Counted from the first letter of the stretch, positions 16,020 to 31,746 are shown. The stretch: 64,000 bases of DNA from Chrysomallon squamiferum (GCA_012295275.1 CM022667.1:13330001-13394000), one strand, 5' to 3'. Notes: a model not told the origin generated them from the letters alone. A program made the numbers and translations.

Positions 16020-16202
16020 GGTAGGGGGGGAAAATAACGAAAAAAAAAATGAGTGGTAAATCATCTTAGTGCAGCAGACGAATTCTGTACCAAGACACCG
16101 CCATTACGTCATCTAACTTGCACTTCTTCTGTTGTTTTTTCCACCACCAAGGCTGGTCGCACGGTGTAAAAGAAAAGAAATCGCTTTTGATTTTTTTTTT
16201 TT

Positions 16203-16245
<43 letters not shown>

Positions 16246-17539
16246 TACCAAGTTGTGTTGTTATCTTCTTAAGCATAAATCCCCGAGCAACTGTCAAAGA
16301 GTCTAAAATTTTCTCTGATCAGATCAATACACACGTGTTTCCCAGACGAAGGCTTGCATACCTGAGCCGTTTTATGAAAATGTTAATTGATGTGGAAAAA
16401 AAGAAGAAAAAAGAAAGAAAGAAAGAAAGAAAGAAAGAAAAAAAAAGGGTCCTTGTCGTCTGCTGCCAGACCTCTGACGTGGAAAGGTTACTCACAGATA
16501 TTAAATACAGAAACTAAAATAGAAAAAGAGAGCAATACAAAAAAAATAAAATAATTTAAAAAAATAATAGAAATGTTTAAAATGATAAGAATAAGAAGAA
16601 GAAGAAGAAGAAGAAGAAGATGAAGGAAAAAAGAAACAGAGAGAGAGAGACAGACAGACAAGGTTGGAGGGGGTACCAAAAGAGAGAGATCGAGGAAATA
16701 ATTTCAAAATAAACGAATTCATTTTTTTTTAGATTTTTGTTAATACAACGTTTTTTTTTGTGGTTTTTTTTTTGTTTGTCTTTGTGTGTGTATGTGTGTT
16801 TTTATGTCTATGTATGATTATATGTTTGTGTATGTTATGTATATACGTGTGTGTATATGAACAAGATTCTTCACACACACGTTTGAGTGTGTGAGTCGGT
16901 ATCCGTGTAGATTTCTGATACATTTATCGTCTTATATCTTCTTTTGTTTTTTCTGTTTTGTTTTGTTTTTTTTCTTTTCTTTCTCTTCTCTTCAGATTCC
17001 AGCCAGGTGTGTACAATGTGTTCTATGTACGATAACATCACCAGTGTCAGTTATATTATCTCGTTAAACAAAACCCAACAAGACAGCACGCATTCTTGAT
17101 GTGCATTCAAGCTTCCTCGGATAGCAAGAAGTGTTGTGTGCATCTAAAAGCCAGGCCGAGTTATTTCATTTGTGCTAGAAATGTTTATGCGTATTGCAGG
17201 CATTGCAGCCGAATTTCGCCGGTTACGCAGTAAGACGAAACCAGGAACAAAGCCACTGAAATGTGAAGAATGATTTCAGTTTAGCCTGTGGTTGAATTAA
17301 TTCCTGGTTATTGCGAATTTTATAAATCCAATTTCTTGTTCTTTCGTTGGTTTCGTTTTTTTTTTCTTTTCTTTTCTGTTTCTTTTCCGCTCTCTCTTTC
17401 TCTCTCTCTGTCTGTCTTTCTTTCTCTCGTTTTCTCTTTCTCTCATTTCACATTTACAAACATACATTCAGATCTCTCACAGACACATTACAAGAAAATG
17501 TACCACTTAAACAAATACATTAACAAATAGAATCACGTG

Positions 17540-17645
<106 letters not shown>

Positions 17646-18506
17646 TGAGTGAGTGAGAGAGAGATATATGTACAGTCTTTTCATATTTATCATAGTTCAT
17701 TCATCCTATTACTTTTTTATCCTTTTTTTCTCATACAGTGTATGTAAGACAAATCGGTTTCAATGTCAATACACATATTTTGTAGCCTCTCTGACACAGA
17801 AAAATAAATAAAATTAATATTAATACATCTGCACGTCTGCTGGCTTCTAATGTTGTATCAAGGTCACGCGAAATGATTATGCATTTCAGCAGTCAGAAGA
17901 AAAAAAACAAAATGTACTGTTATTTTCACATGAATCATCTTATAATATTTGTTTAATTATATGAATATCTACATTCATTTTTCGAAACTGCTTTTTTATT
18001 CATTTACTTTCTCTCTTTTTAATAATTTATTTACTTATAAAGACATAACTCGTGGCTCTGAATGATGAAGCAGTTTGATGCGAACAGCTGATGTTTTGTT
18101 CCTTTAAACTGGAAATATGTAGACGTTAAATGAAATACATATTAACGTATCTGACTGCTAGGAGCGCGCGGCTTCCAGGTTTCGACAAGTCGCGCGGTGT
18201 GAGACAAGGCGTGAAATATAAAGAATTATTTCATACTTGAATAATGCATGGCGTTGAGTCATACTGTTAGTTTACAAGTCAATGATACGATGATAATATC
18301 TGCGTCTTCAGTCTCTTTCTCTCTGTTTGTTTGTTTGTTTGTGTCGGGCTCTCTCTCTCTGTCTCAGTCTCTGTCTGTATGTCTCTCTCTCTCTTTCTTT
18401 CTCCCTTTCTATGCCTACATACGTATATATATACATACATACATAGAAACATAGATATATATGTATGTATGCATGTATGTATGTATATATCTATCTATCT
18501 ATCTAT

Positions 18507-18604
<98 letters not shown>

Positions 18605-18719
18605 AACACGCCGTCAGGCAGAGACACAGAGAGACAGAACGACATATAACACCTTTCTCTGTCTCTCTTTAACTCAGTCTCCAATCAGTACAAATGCACA
18701 CACAAACACACACACAGAC

Positions 18720-18772
<53 letters not shown>

Positions 18773-19397
18773 TTCTGCAGAATAAACCATTTTCCAACAT
18801 TTTTCTCATGGACAGTAACGACCAGTTCTTTGCTCTTCATTTTTTTTTTTTTTAACTTTATAACTCCACTTTAACAGTCCATTTAACATACAAATATAAA
18901 TTATATAACAGGGAGGAATAAATAATCAGATGTAAAATTATACATTCGCGTGCTCGGAAACGATTTTGATAAAGTACACAGTGTGAAACGGCTGCGTGAA
19001 ATAGGTGAAATCAAACGTGTAGAAAATATGCGTGTGTGTCAACGCACGAACGAACAGATGTTTAATAACACCTTAATACACTGTGTTGCTGTCGTCGTAA
19101 ACGGTTAATATTATTAATATTATTTCGCTCTGATGGTAAGACAGAACTAAGCCAGTGCAGCTTCTGTTTGGATTACGTTCATTGTTCGAACAGATCTTTA
19201 TAACACAGAACTACTCATTCATATCCTCAGCGAAAAAACCCAAATAAACAAAAAATCAAAAATTATCCCCAATAAAATATCACTCTCACATACACATATG
19301 GATAACGAAAGATACGTGGACAGACATAATAACACACACATACATACGTACATACATACATCACATACATACATACATACATACATAGATACATACA

Positions 19398-19490
<93 letters not shown>

Positions 19491-19495
19491 TACAT

Positions 19496-19526
<31 letters not shown>

Positions 19527-21860
19527 TAGCTATATGATAGAGAGAAGTAAATAGATAGATACACAGACAAAGAGACAAATAGATACACGTACAGACAGAT
19601 ACAGATAGACAATCAGACAGACAGAAAAAGGGAATACGAATTAATAATGATGCAATCATTTACAATCTAACCTTTTTCTTCCTTGCTTTTTTTTGGGGGG
19701 GATTATTTTTAATGTAGCTGAAATGGAGCCAAATCATAAATTTTAATATGTTATCGACATACTTAAAATCTTATTTACGAAAATAATGTGTTAAGTTGCT
19801 AGACAAGAAGCTTTAATGACAGAATATGTCAAAGAATGGCAAAGAAACGTGATAAAACGCATAACTCGCACTAACCCCTATTGACTTCAGATTGCTACCA
19901 TTTCGTTTCGTTTCGTTATATGACAATACTATTTTTATAATTCTAAAGCTATTATTTAATTTTTCTTTTTAAAGTTTTAACATCTAAAATTGTCAAACAT
20001 AATTTTTTTTAATGTAGTAGTAGTAATAGTAGTAGTACTAATAGTAGTAGTAGTAATAATAATAATACTCTTTTTCTTAAATTTTTTCTTCTTCCTCAGC
20101 TTTTCTTCACTTCTTTTTTCTTCTTGTATTCCTCGCCTGTATCTTCTTTCCTTTATTTCTGTTTTAATTCTTTCTTCTTCTCCTCCTATTTCTTCATTTT
20201 TAATCTTCATCTTTACTTTAGGATTTTTTTTATTCTTCTCTTATTTCGTCTTCCACTTTTCTCTTTTTCTCCTTCTTTTCTTCTTTTTATTCCTCTTCCT
20301 CTTCTTCTTCTTCTTTTTTTTATTTCTTCGTACGTATTTGCATAAACCGACACAGGATCTTTTCAAATGTCTCAATTATTTGAGGGTGGCAATGTGTCAC
20401 CTTCGTTTTGGCCGAAATATTGAAATGTAACTCAGTGACCACAGGCCCCTGTCTGAGACTTGCAGTGTCACTTTCACACAATTAATTGCACCCACTCAAT
20501 GCGGGTGACCGAAGAGTGACCGCCCCCAAAACTGCACGCGACACCCCTTCAAGAAAACACCTCCTTAGACTTGCTTCGTCAAAATCAGTTTATTATTATT
20601 ATTACTATTATTTGTAGTAGTAGTAGTAGTAGTAGTAATAGTAATAGTAGTAGTAGTTGTTATTGTTGTAGTAGTAGCATTTTTAGCTGCAGTAGTAGTA
20701 GTAATTGTAGTGGTAGTAGTAGTAGTACTAGTAGTGGTTGCAGCAGTAGTAATGAATGTAGTAGTAGTAGTTGCAGTAGTAGTAATTGTAGTAGTAGTAG
20801 TAGTAGAAGAAGCAATAATAGTTGTAACAGTAATAGTAGGAACAGCAGTAATAGCAACAGATGTCGTTGCAGTAGTAGCAGCAGTAGTAGCAGTGACAGT
20901 TGAAGCACGTGCCGCCTGTGGGTAGTGATAGTGCTGGTAATAACTGCATATTACTAATAATATACGTTTTGGTAATAGTACTATTAATAATAAATAAATA
21001 AATAAATAAATAAATATGCTGAATAATAACAATTTATTTAACGGTCATTATTCCTAGAACTTTAACAGTATTGAGAAATTGTGTCAGTTACCTCAAGGTG
21101 CAATTATTATTGGCTACGGGTATGTGTGCTAAACAAGTCGAAACATTTTGTGCATTTCTCAAAAATCAAGTCTACGACGGACTCCGAGACCTGGTGTCAT
21201 TAATCGAGTTAGTTCCGTACAGCCAGTCCGGTTCGACTTTTCATGAGTGACAGGCGGCACGTGCAGCAGTGAATAGCACGAAGTTCGAACCCTCAGCAAG
21301 TGCGAATATACACACTCAGCTTAGTAAATGATCAGATTTTTTTCTTTCTTTCTTTCTTTCTTTTTTCTTCTTCTAAAACGCAAACGAATAAAGAAAATTA
21401 TTTCTGTACTTCAAGTGTTGGCAAGCAGAGTTCAACTTTCTGAAGACTTTTTTTTGTTTAACTCAGAGGGGCTTTTGAAATCGTATTTATTATTTTCGTT
21501 TCGTTTTTCAAAGAATTACAGTTTTTGTGATGCATCGTTCGAAGGAAGAGAAAAGTACAGTGGTGTTTTTTCACTTTTTTATTTTTTTTTTTTTGCTTCT
21601 TCGTCTTCTTCTTTTTCTTCTTCTTATGCGTGTTTGTATACAGGTTTTTTCTTTTCTTTTCTTTTTTAAAAAAGATCTCGGTAAATCTACGGTTTATATC
21701 TAGGTCATTTCAGAACAAGTTTTCTTATTTTGCTACTATAGGTTTATCATTTATATTATTACATTTTATTATATTATATAAACTGGTATTGTTATGGAAA
21801 ATTGCAAATAGCGACTTTATTATTAGTAGCAGCAACACCACCACCGACAACAACAGTAAC

Positions 21861-21900
<40 letters not shown>

Positions 21901-24037
21901 CGAACGAAACCAAAATGTCAAAAAAAGTGGAATTTCATTTTCAGAGTTACCTCACCCTAACTTAGATCGCAAGACGATTATTCTTAAATTATGGCAGAAG
22001 TCACAATGAATTCACTCATGTAACATTATTTTTCACATCAATACCTTATTCTTAACTTCTTTAAATATTTTCAACCTTATTCAACCTTTTTTTTTCTTCG
22101 AAAACAAATAATAAACAAACAAAGAAAAGAAAGGAAAAGAAAAAAGAAAAAAAGTTGGAAATATAATTACAACTACTATTAATAAATCGATTGAACCTTT
22201 GTACCCCAAAACGAACTGCTTTTAAAAACGACATCTTGAGCGAAGCTACAAATGTTTGTTTACAAAAGTAGATAAGAAAAGCGCCACCTTCCGAGAACAA
22301 AAGCAGACGTGTCGAGAGGAGGCGCCTGCAAAAATAAATATCCATTTATACTTCGATGGGATGCTCACTCCGTGACCTTTCGGGCTCCCTCCGTGACCTT
22401 TCGGGTCGTCTGCGCTTTGCTCAATTTTCTCGGCAGTTTGTACAAACAAATTAATTGAAAACGAAAATATTCCGAGCCGAAAGAAAGCAGCTTGGTTTAT
22501 TTTTAATAAAAAAAAACTAGACGATGGCGTGCGTTTTCAGGTAAACCTTCGCGTTTCGCCTCTCTCTAATAAATAAATAATAACCTTTTATGATTCTCTC
22601 ACTTCTCTTTAATTTTTTTTTTTTTTTCTTTTCTGTTATACATTTCTTTTATTGCGTTTACTTCGTACTCTTTAAAGAAATGTTGACCTATCTTCCTTAA
22701 TCCCTACCGACGTACCTGTCTACCTGTATAATCTGTTTGTCTTGTCTTATCTGTCTATCTACCCACCCCACACATACACACACATACAAATAAAATAATA
22801 ATAATAAAAATAATGATAATAATTACTTACTGGTGATAATTACAGTGTACCGTGTATGAGAGAAATTGACTTTGTCACGTAACTCTTGTACACTTTTGAC
22901 AAAAACATTTTGGGATAAAATCGATTTGTTTGTTGTTATTGTTATTACTATTTTTGTTTTTTTTTTTTTTTTTTTTTTTCTTTTAGTTATTTTTAATGTT
23001 GTTGTTCTTTCTTTGTTTTTTTTCTTTTAGTTATTTTTAATGTTGTTGTGGTTTAGTGTTTATATTGCTATTGTTGTTGTTTCTTTGTTTTTACTTTTTT
23101 GTTATTTTTATGGTTATTGTTGTTGTTTTTATTGAATTTCTTTTTCTTGCAGAAAATCCGTGTTCTTATTATATTATTGTTGTTGTCGTTGTTGCTAGCT
23201 CAATAAATAAATACTGCAATCACATTACATGCAATGCACTTGCTACACCGTACTGTTCTTAACGTATTTTATTTATTTATTTTATTTTTTTTTTTTTTTT
23301 TTAAATGAAACTCATTTCACATTAAAAGTTTCATTCACCGAGTTTATAGATAAAAATCTTTAAATTGCTGCCCTTCAAAAGATTACTTATTAAAATTTAC
23401 ATTATCTATTATTTTCTTTTTCATTTTTTTCATTTTTAAAAAAAGATAAAGTTATTTTTAAAATGCAAATGTTAATGAAACGTTTAAAAAGGAATATACA
23501 AAGTAATGATTAATTTTTAATAAAAATAAATAAATAAATAAATAAATCAGTGCAAAGCATAAAAATAAATTCTTAATAAAATAAACTTTGGGTACATTTT
23601 CCCTTATCGGCTGAAAACATATGTTACTCACTTGACTCATAAGTTCAGCGAGTAAAGATTTTTTATACTGATAAACGAATTTTATACACCATCTCATTAA
23701 ACTTGATTTTTTTTTTTTTTTTTTTCATTTTTGATAAGCTTAAAGAACTAAGACACAAACACACACACACACATACATATATGCATGCATGCATATACAG
23801 ATGTGTAAACACATACATCCATACGTACATACATTCATACGTAGGTACAGAGCATAGCATAACGTACGCACAGTGCATTAATAGCACTTAACTAGCATAT
23901 TACGAAGATTTAGCTATATCCCGGTAAAGAAAATATAAAGGTAAGAAGAAATAAAGACAAAATATAAAGAAAGAAGAATGAATGAAGAGATAGCGATACC
24001 CCTATATGCAAAAAACAAAACAAAAAAAAAAAAACCG

Positions 24038-24069
<32 letters not shown>

Positions 24070-24631
24070 GAAACAAAACAAAACAAACAAACAAACAAAA
24101 AAGTTCACAGAAGAACAAAATCCTTCCATTATAAAAAGAAAGGGGAAGAAAAACATCTTCCAAGTGAATTAACTGATTTATTTGTAAGATACATCTTCTT
24201 CTTTTTTTTTTTTTTTTTGTCGCTGTTCTTTGACCTTGAAATGCGCGCGACGTTCAAAGTGACGTCTGCTCTGCACTCGTTGCTTCGGCTCGGGTCGACT
24301 GGTGCTTCTTCCCGAGTTCGCTCCGTTTCGGGAATTCGATCAAGATCCACTGGCTGCCCTTCTTATTCATGACGTTAGTTACACGGCAGAAAAGGTACAA
24401 GAAGCTAAACCGAGAAGTCGTTTACGTTTTTTTCGGAAGAAATGAACGCGCGAATACTGGAAGAGTGTCCAAGAGGTTTTTTTCAACATGAATTTATAAT
24501 GAAGGGCAGTTAATTCTAAACGTCGTTTCTGAATGAGTATTAACAGTTTTTTTTTTTGTTCCCAGCAAATACGTGTGTATATAATTCAGCGAAAATTACT
24601 TAAATCTTTTTATTTAGCGCACGAACGGAAA

Positions 24632-24674
<43 letters not shown>

Positions 24675-24899
24675 ACTGCTGTTTTTCAGTCTATTGCACA
24701 ACTGTCAGAGGTGACAACATGCTCGTTACACTAAAGACACTTCCCTGTGCAAAGACTATAAATCCTGGCCTAACCGACATGAATCGGACTGTTTGCAACG
24801 TAAAGCTTGGCTCGGAATGCGGCTATTTTCGGCAACATTCGTATTTTTCTTTTCATCGTCAAATTCTTTCTTTTATTTTTCTCTCTCACCCTAAACGTA

Positions 24900-24955
24900 C
24901 GTATTAATGATCACCGTCTTTCGTATTCTTTCTTTATCTTTCAGTCTCTCTCTGC

Positions 24956-25015
<60 letters not shown>

Positions 25016-25075
25016 CGTATTAATGATCACCGTCTTTCGTATTCTTTCTTTATCTTTCAGTCACTCTGCCCGACT

Positions 25076-25145
<70 letters not shown>
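24900..25145. repeat. ~117-bp tandem duplication that includes a (CT)n tract
   Basis: CGTATTAATGATCACCGTCTTTCGTATTCTTTCTTTATCTTTCAGTC at 24900 and 25017, each followed by (CT)n. Confidence 0.85.
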
Positions 25146-25149
<4 letters not shown>

Positions 25150-25605
25150 TGCCTTCTCCCCTTTCTCTCTTTTATCTCAACATCTACGTGTCTGTTTTCC
25201 AGATCAAAATACTCGCATTGGTTTACAATTCTTCGAAAGCACTTTTAACTCTGATTAGCACGACTTCGAGCGGAACTGAATGTACTAACATTAACCCTTT
25301 CTCTGCTATATCCATTTTCCGAGCATTGCAGTTAGAGTTCACCAGATGTCATTACACGTCTACGCCGTGTTAACGCTTTCACCAAAGTAAATTTATTTGT
25401 TTTCAGTTCGTTTTTCTTTCTCTAAGCACAATTCAGCTATCAAAGGCGTGATGCGTGCTCTCTGTTTTATACATAGAAAACACCACTGATGGACAAGTCC
25501 CATGTGCAGGCTAATTTCTTAAGAAACAGACCGGATGCATTTAGACAGGTTTATGGAAGAGAACGATTGACCGTTTACTTTTACTTTTTAAAATTATTTT
25601 TTTAG

Positions 25606-25716
25606 TTCTTCTTCTTCTTCTTCTTCTTCTTCTTCTTCTTCTTCTTCTTCTTCTTCTTCTTCTTCTTCTTCTTCTTCTTCTTCTTCTTCTTCTTCTTCTT
25701 CTTCTTCTTCTTCTTC
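25606..25716. repeat. (TTC)n microsatellite
   Basis: About 37 perfect units. Confidence 0.97.
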
Positions 25717-25912
25717 TTTTTTTTTATTTTCATTTTTATTTTATTTTATTTTTTTTTATTTTATTTTTTATTTTATTATTATCTTTTTTAATGAAACGCC
25801 TAGTCATTGTAATAACAGTCTTTTCATGCATGCAATTAGTCGTATCAGTAGCTAAGAAAAAATGAAGAAGAAATAATGCATGGTTATTCATATGAACTGT
25901 GTATACTGATTT

Positions 25913-25994
<82 letters not shown>

Positions 25995-26631
25995 TCTGTT
26001 GACCCTCATACTGTTGTCTTGTTGCCGTTATTATTACTAGTAGTGCATCATCTACTACCACCACTACCGTGACTACTATACTTACTACTACTGTTACTAC
26101 TGCCACCACCACCACTACTACTACTACAACTGTTGCGACTTCTGCTAAATTCAATGACAATGAAGGTTGTGATGATAACGTCGACGACCTTGATGGTTTA
26201 TTCAAAATAATTGAATGTGGTAATTATATTTTAATCTTTCTGTCATATTTTCTTTCGTTCTCGTTATCTCTTTTCTCTTCTCTCTCTCTCTCTCTCGTCT
26301 CTCTCTCTCTTTTTTTCTTTCTTGATTTTTTCTTTCTTTCTTGATAGAAAAAAAGTCTCGATTTTCAAAACAAGATATTTTCGAGTATTTACTCAAAGAA
26401 AAAAAAATTAGGGAATTCTTGACTTTTAGATTCATTATACCTCAAGTTTGTTTTCTCAGCAAATTCTCAAGCAAGTTGAGTTTATTTTCATTAACATATC
26501 GGTTACTGAAGTAACTTCAGCTTACACGAGCAATGAACATGTAATTAAATTTCTGTAAATATTGTCGGAAATAGAATACTCACGGTAATATACAATTTTC
26601 TTTCATCTTACGTTTTCTTCTTAATCTTCCA

Positions 26632-26687
<56 letters not shown>

Positions 26688-26943
26688 ACTTTTTTATCCT
26701 TATTTTTTTTTTCCTCTTCTAATCTTTCAGGTTCTAAACTGGCTTTATTTTCCTTCGGTATCTTATTTTTAAGTACATTTGGTTTCTTTAATTGTATGTT
26801 TTTCTTGCGATAATAAGCAGCGGATGGAAAGATGAAGGTATATAGACTACATTACGAACGAAAATACTGCTTATTCTTTCTTTCTTTCTTTCTTTTCTTT
26901 GTGTATATAGCAACAATAATATCAAACAATAACATCAACAGAA

Positions 26944-26977
<34 letters not shown>

Positions 26978-27700
26978 GAAAATTCCTCTTTCTTATTCTT
27001 CACCCAAGCTGCCCATGGCTACATTTGTATGCAAATATAACACGACAAATTTGAATTCTAATTCACACAAAAAGCGAAGAAAATACAAGAGAGAGAATTA
27101 AAAATGTCAGATATTAACAAAACTGGATGGAGTGAGAGAAAGTGCGACTAAAAAAAAAAAAAATAAAAAAAAATAAAATAAAATAAAAAACAGAAACATG
27201 ACCAAAAATTCCCCCCCCAAAAAAAAAAAAAAAAAAAAAGCAACGAAAGATTAAGCCATATGGCTTGAATCAGAAAGTTTATTTTTAAACTTAGTCTCCC
27301 GTTATAGATTAAACGCGCAAACATACCGTTGTAATTCAGAACAAGTTGAAACTGATTGCTCGCGTATGCCACTCATAACTGAAGCTTAATCGTGTTATTT
27401 TCTCACAGAGTAATAAAGAAAATAACGCTATTCAAGTAACACTGTGCGACAAGGATGACGAAATGAATGTTTAACGGTTATTACGTATCACTTAAGTTTG
27501 TTATTATTAGTGGTTGTAATAGCAGCAGTATCGTTGTTGTTGTTGTTGTTGTTGTTATTGTTATTATCAGTAGCAGCAGTAGTAGTAGCAGTAATGGTGG
27601 TGGTAGTAGTAATATCGTTGTTGTTCTTTTTATTATTATTATTATTATTATAGTAGTAGTAATGGTAGTGGAAGTAGTAATATCGTTGTTGTTCTTGTTG

Positions 27701-27731
<31 letters not shown>

Positions 27732-28932
27732 GTAGTCGTAGTAGTAGTAGTAGTAGTAGTAGCAATAGTAGCAGCAGCAGTAGTAGTATCGCTCTTGTTG
27801 TTGTTGTTATTATTATTATTATTATTATACAGCACTAGAGAAAATCTGCACCCACCATCTTTAATCTTACTTTTATTGTTTAGCAGCGGATGATAATTTA
27901 AATGTACCTACCCAGGGACAGCACATTTTGTTTACGGCTTTGATATAAAAAGCCAAATGGAAGTGGCTGGAATGGGAAACTGAGCAACACTAATCAGCCT
28001 AAAAGTAAACCTGTAAATTTATAACTAACGAAGTAACTAACTTACTAACAAAGTAACAGTGAGTGGTAGTAGTAGTAACAGCAATAGTAGGAGCAGCAAC
28101 AGTAATAGTGGAAGTGGTAGTAGGTGTGGTGGTCGTCGTAGTAGTAGTAATAGTAGTGGTAGTGGTAGTGGTACGGGTAGGGTTAGTGGTACACCAGCTG
28201 TGGTAAAAGTAGTACTATGGTACTGTAGTAACATTATATGCATAAATAATAGTACACACAGAACATATATTCACACGCACACATGCACAAATACCCGCAT
28301 CACACACACACGCACACATGACACACACACATACACACACACATGAACACACACACACAAAAAACAACAACACCCCCAAAAAAAAACCCCAACAAACAAA
28401 CATAATGCACCTTTCAAAAATCCAACATAATGTGTCTAGTATACCGAAATGACCGCAAAAACCGCAATAATTACGCCGTGCAATATACACCATTAATAAT
28501 AAACCATTAAAAATGGTGGTCGTTTTTTTTTTTTTTTTTAAATAATAAAAAAAATCACTCACTCACATACAGTCAATTACCTCCACCAAACACACACTGG
28601 CTGACTTGGTACGGCGGCATTCACACTGTAGTTTTGTAAAGCCAAATTTCGCCAAACAAAGATATATGTCAGCTTTAAACAGGGTCACTGGGTATTAACA
28701 GGTAGAGAGAGCTTTTTATATATGTATAATTATTATTTGCTCGAAGCGGTCTCAAGAGTACGGCAGTCCAAGCCACGCCTCAGTTTAACGAAATAACGAA
28801 TACCGTATGGGCAAGAGGTTTTCTAGTATGAAACTTATGAAATAGTCGATTTTATTTATTTAGTGAGTTAGTAGGTTAGTTAGCTATTTTATTGTTGTTG
28901 TCGTTATTATTTATTTATTTATTTTTAATGAT

Positions 28933-28976
<44 letters not shown>

Positions 28977-29649
28977 TGTTGTTGTTGTTATTATTATTAT
29001 TCATTTGTTCATTCATTTTCTTTAATTAATTTATTTATTTCATTTTATTTACTTACTTACTTCTGTGTTAATTAATTAATTAATTTATTTATTTATTACT
29101 ATTTTATTAATTCTTTATTCTTTATAAGTTATATCTCAGATATATGTTATTTTTACGCGGGGAAAGTACGATTTAGTTTGCGATAAACCTGTATGTAGTA
29201 AACAAATTCTAATCTGTTTGATTCCATGATGTTTATCTGTAAACTTTCTTCTTTAATTAAAACTGGAAGATTTTGCTGTTATTGTTATAAATTTCTGGCA
29301 TTCTCCTAATATAATGTATATGTACATACCATTTCAGCGGCAGAGTGTATGTCACGTGTATAATCCTTAATCCACATATCGCGTGTGGTGTAAAATCATA
29401 ATATGGAACGGCGTCAGTTTTGTTACGTCACATCGTTGATAGAAATGTTAATTCAATAAAATAATTTAAATATCAATATATCTATATATCTATATCAGTA
29501 TATGAGAAAGAAACAAACTAATTAGCAAAAAAACAACAAAATACAAACAAAACACACACACACACACACGCACGCACACATATAAATAAATAAATAAATA
29601 AACAAATAAACACAAGCACGGACGGCAATAATAATAGCTACAATTACTA

Positions 29650-29680
<31 letters not shown>

Positions 29681-30224
29681 CACACACACACAATTTTTTT
29701 TAATATTTCAACCAAATTGAACAGTGCAAGGGAAACAACTCTATCAAATTTCATTAGTTCAACTAAGTCGGCTAAATTAATTGGTATGTTATCTCCCATA
29801 CTTACAAATGCAAATTCTTCTATTTTTAGTTGTTTTTTTTGTTTGTTTTTTTTGTTGTTTTTTTGTTTGGTTGGTTTGAATGTCAGTCTTTGTTCTTTTA
29901 AATTAATTACAAATAATAACAATACAGCTAATAAATAAAAAGAAACAACATGCAACAACTGCAGCATAAACACCATCAACTGCAACTGCAAAAGCAGCAG
30001 TAGTAAGAAAGAGAACAACAAGAACAATAACAATATCAAAAGAAAAGACACAAGAACAATAATAATAATAACACTGTAATAGTGATAACAACAACAGCAG
30101 CGGCAGCAACAATAAGAATAACAATAACAGTTTGCTACATACCGTCGTATTTGAAATCGGCTATTATTAAAGACCAATTGTGACGTCAGATGTTTACATG
30201 GAAAGAGTGTACCAAGAGAAAGGC

Positions 30225-30276
<52 letters not shown>

Positions 30277-30439
30277 CATTTTATCATTTTTATTATTTAT
30301 TGTATATTAATCATGTAAAGATGAAGAAATATAATAATTAAATAAATTTTTGTTTTTCAAAATGGTTTAAATAATTATATATATATTTATATTTAATTGA
30401 TCTGTTATAGTTTTAAATTACGATTCCAGTGCAGAGATA

Positions 30440-30530
30440 TAATATTCGGGATATCTCGGAAGTTTCCGTCAGATGACATTCATGGCGCTGTAAAAGTCAC
30501 TTCCGTTTACCTTTAATGTCACAGGTAAAT
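30440..30530 (+). promoter_or_regulatory. Probable promoter and first exon of the membrane-protein gene
   Basis: ETS cores CGGAAGT 30457-30463 and ACTTCCG 30499-30505; YY1-like ATGGCG 30482; donor CAG|GTAAAT at 30525; lies at the edge of the CpG-rich domain. Confidence 0.5.
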
Positions 30531-30874
30531 TTACAGGTGTGTTTATTTCTTTTACTTTGTCATGTTATTTGATCATTATTAAAAGGTAGGCAGTTCTGAA
30601 CAACGTTCACGTTCAGATAATTTATGATGATTTTATTTGAAGTTTTAAATATCATAAATAAATAAAATGTAATTACGAAATCATCTTGACCGGTTAATTT
30701 TCAATGCTCGGTTGACACTGTTTAATGTTTTAAATGGAACCGAGACGGTTTCTCAGTAGTTTATTAACTAAACTGTATATTGTTTTTATCTGGATTTATA
30801 TTTAGAAAAACGATACGTTTTTAAAGATATAATTAGAACTAGTCAACGTATTTCCGTACTAACTAGCAAACACG

Positions 30875-30953
<79 letters not shown>

Positions 30954-31696
30954 CCTACTTCCCTGGAAATTAGAATACTGCTATAAGAATAAATTGCATT
31001 TTTGATGACCATCATCAATATCTATTTTATTCTGAAGTTTGAATGATCAATTCGTTTTTTTTTTTAGCACCTTTATTTATTTATTTATTAATCAATAAAT
31101 CTTCACATAACCGATCTTTTATTAAATGACACAAAATTATTTGGAGTATCCAAAGCAGGAATATTTTTTAAAACTTTCTTTCATTTTGTCATTAACATAT
31201 TGTTAATATAATAATATAAATTTGTATATTTTTAATATATATATATATATGTCTGTTGTATGTCTTGATCATAAGTTACATCAGCCCTATAGTAATAATA
31301 ACAACAACAACAATAATAACATCAATTACAGTAATAATACTATAATAATAACAACAATAACAATTACAATAATAGTAATAATAATAATAATATAGTAGCA
31401 ACTACTACATGCATCCAGAATATACAACAACATAAAACATACAACTACAACAACAGTAAATAATAGTGATGAAGTATAAACATTAACATAACAGAATTAT
31501 TCCAAAGTTATATTTCTTAAATTTAAAGGTAATGTGATATTGTGAGCAGAGTTTTTCTATGTTTTATTAATATAATATTAGAAATTCTAGTTGTAATAGA
31601 AGATGTATAGCAGATATATAATAAAAACACATAAGTATACATTAATCATGTTTTTTTTTTTTAATCTTTTTTAAAGTCTATTCTACCATCACAGGA

Positions 31697-31746
<50 letters not shown>

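Noticed and set aside
20499-20506. GCM consensus ATGCGGGT (also reversed at 28293) and scattered MRE cores
   Set aside because: Isolated 7-8-mers are expected by chance in 64 kb.
28617-28640. GGCATTCAC resembling the complement of the miR-124 3' end
   Set aside because: The match stops after 9 nt and there is no hairpin.
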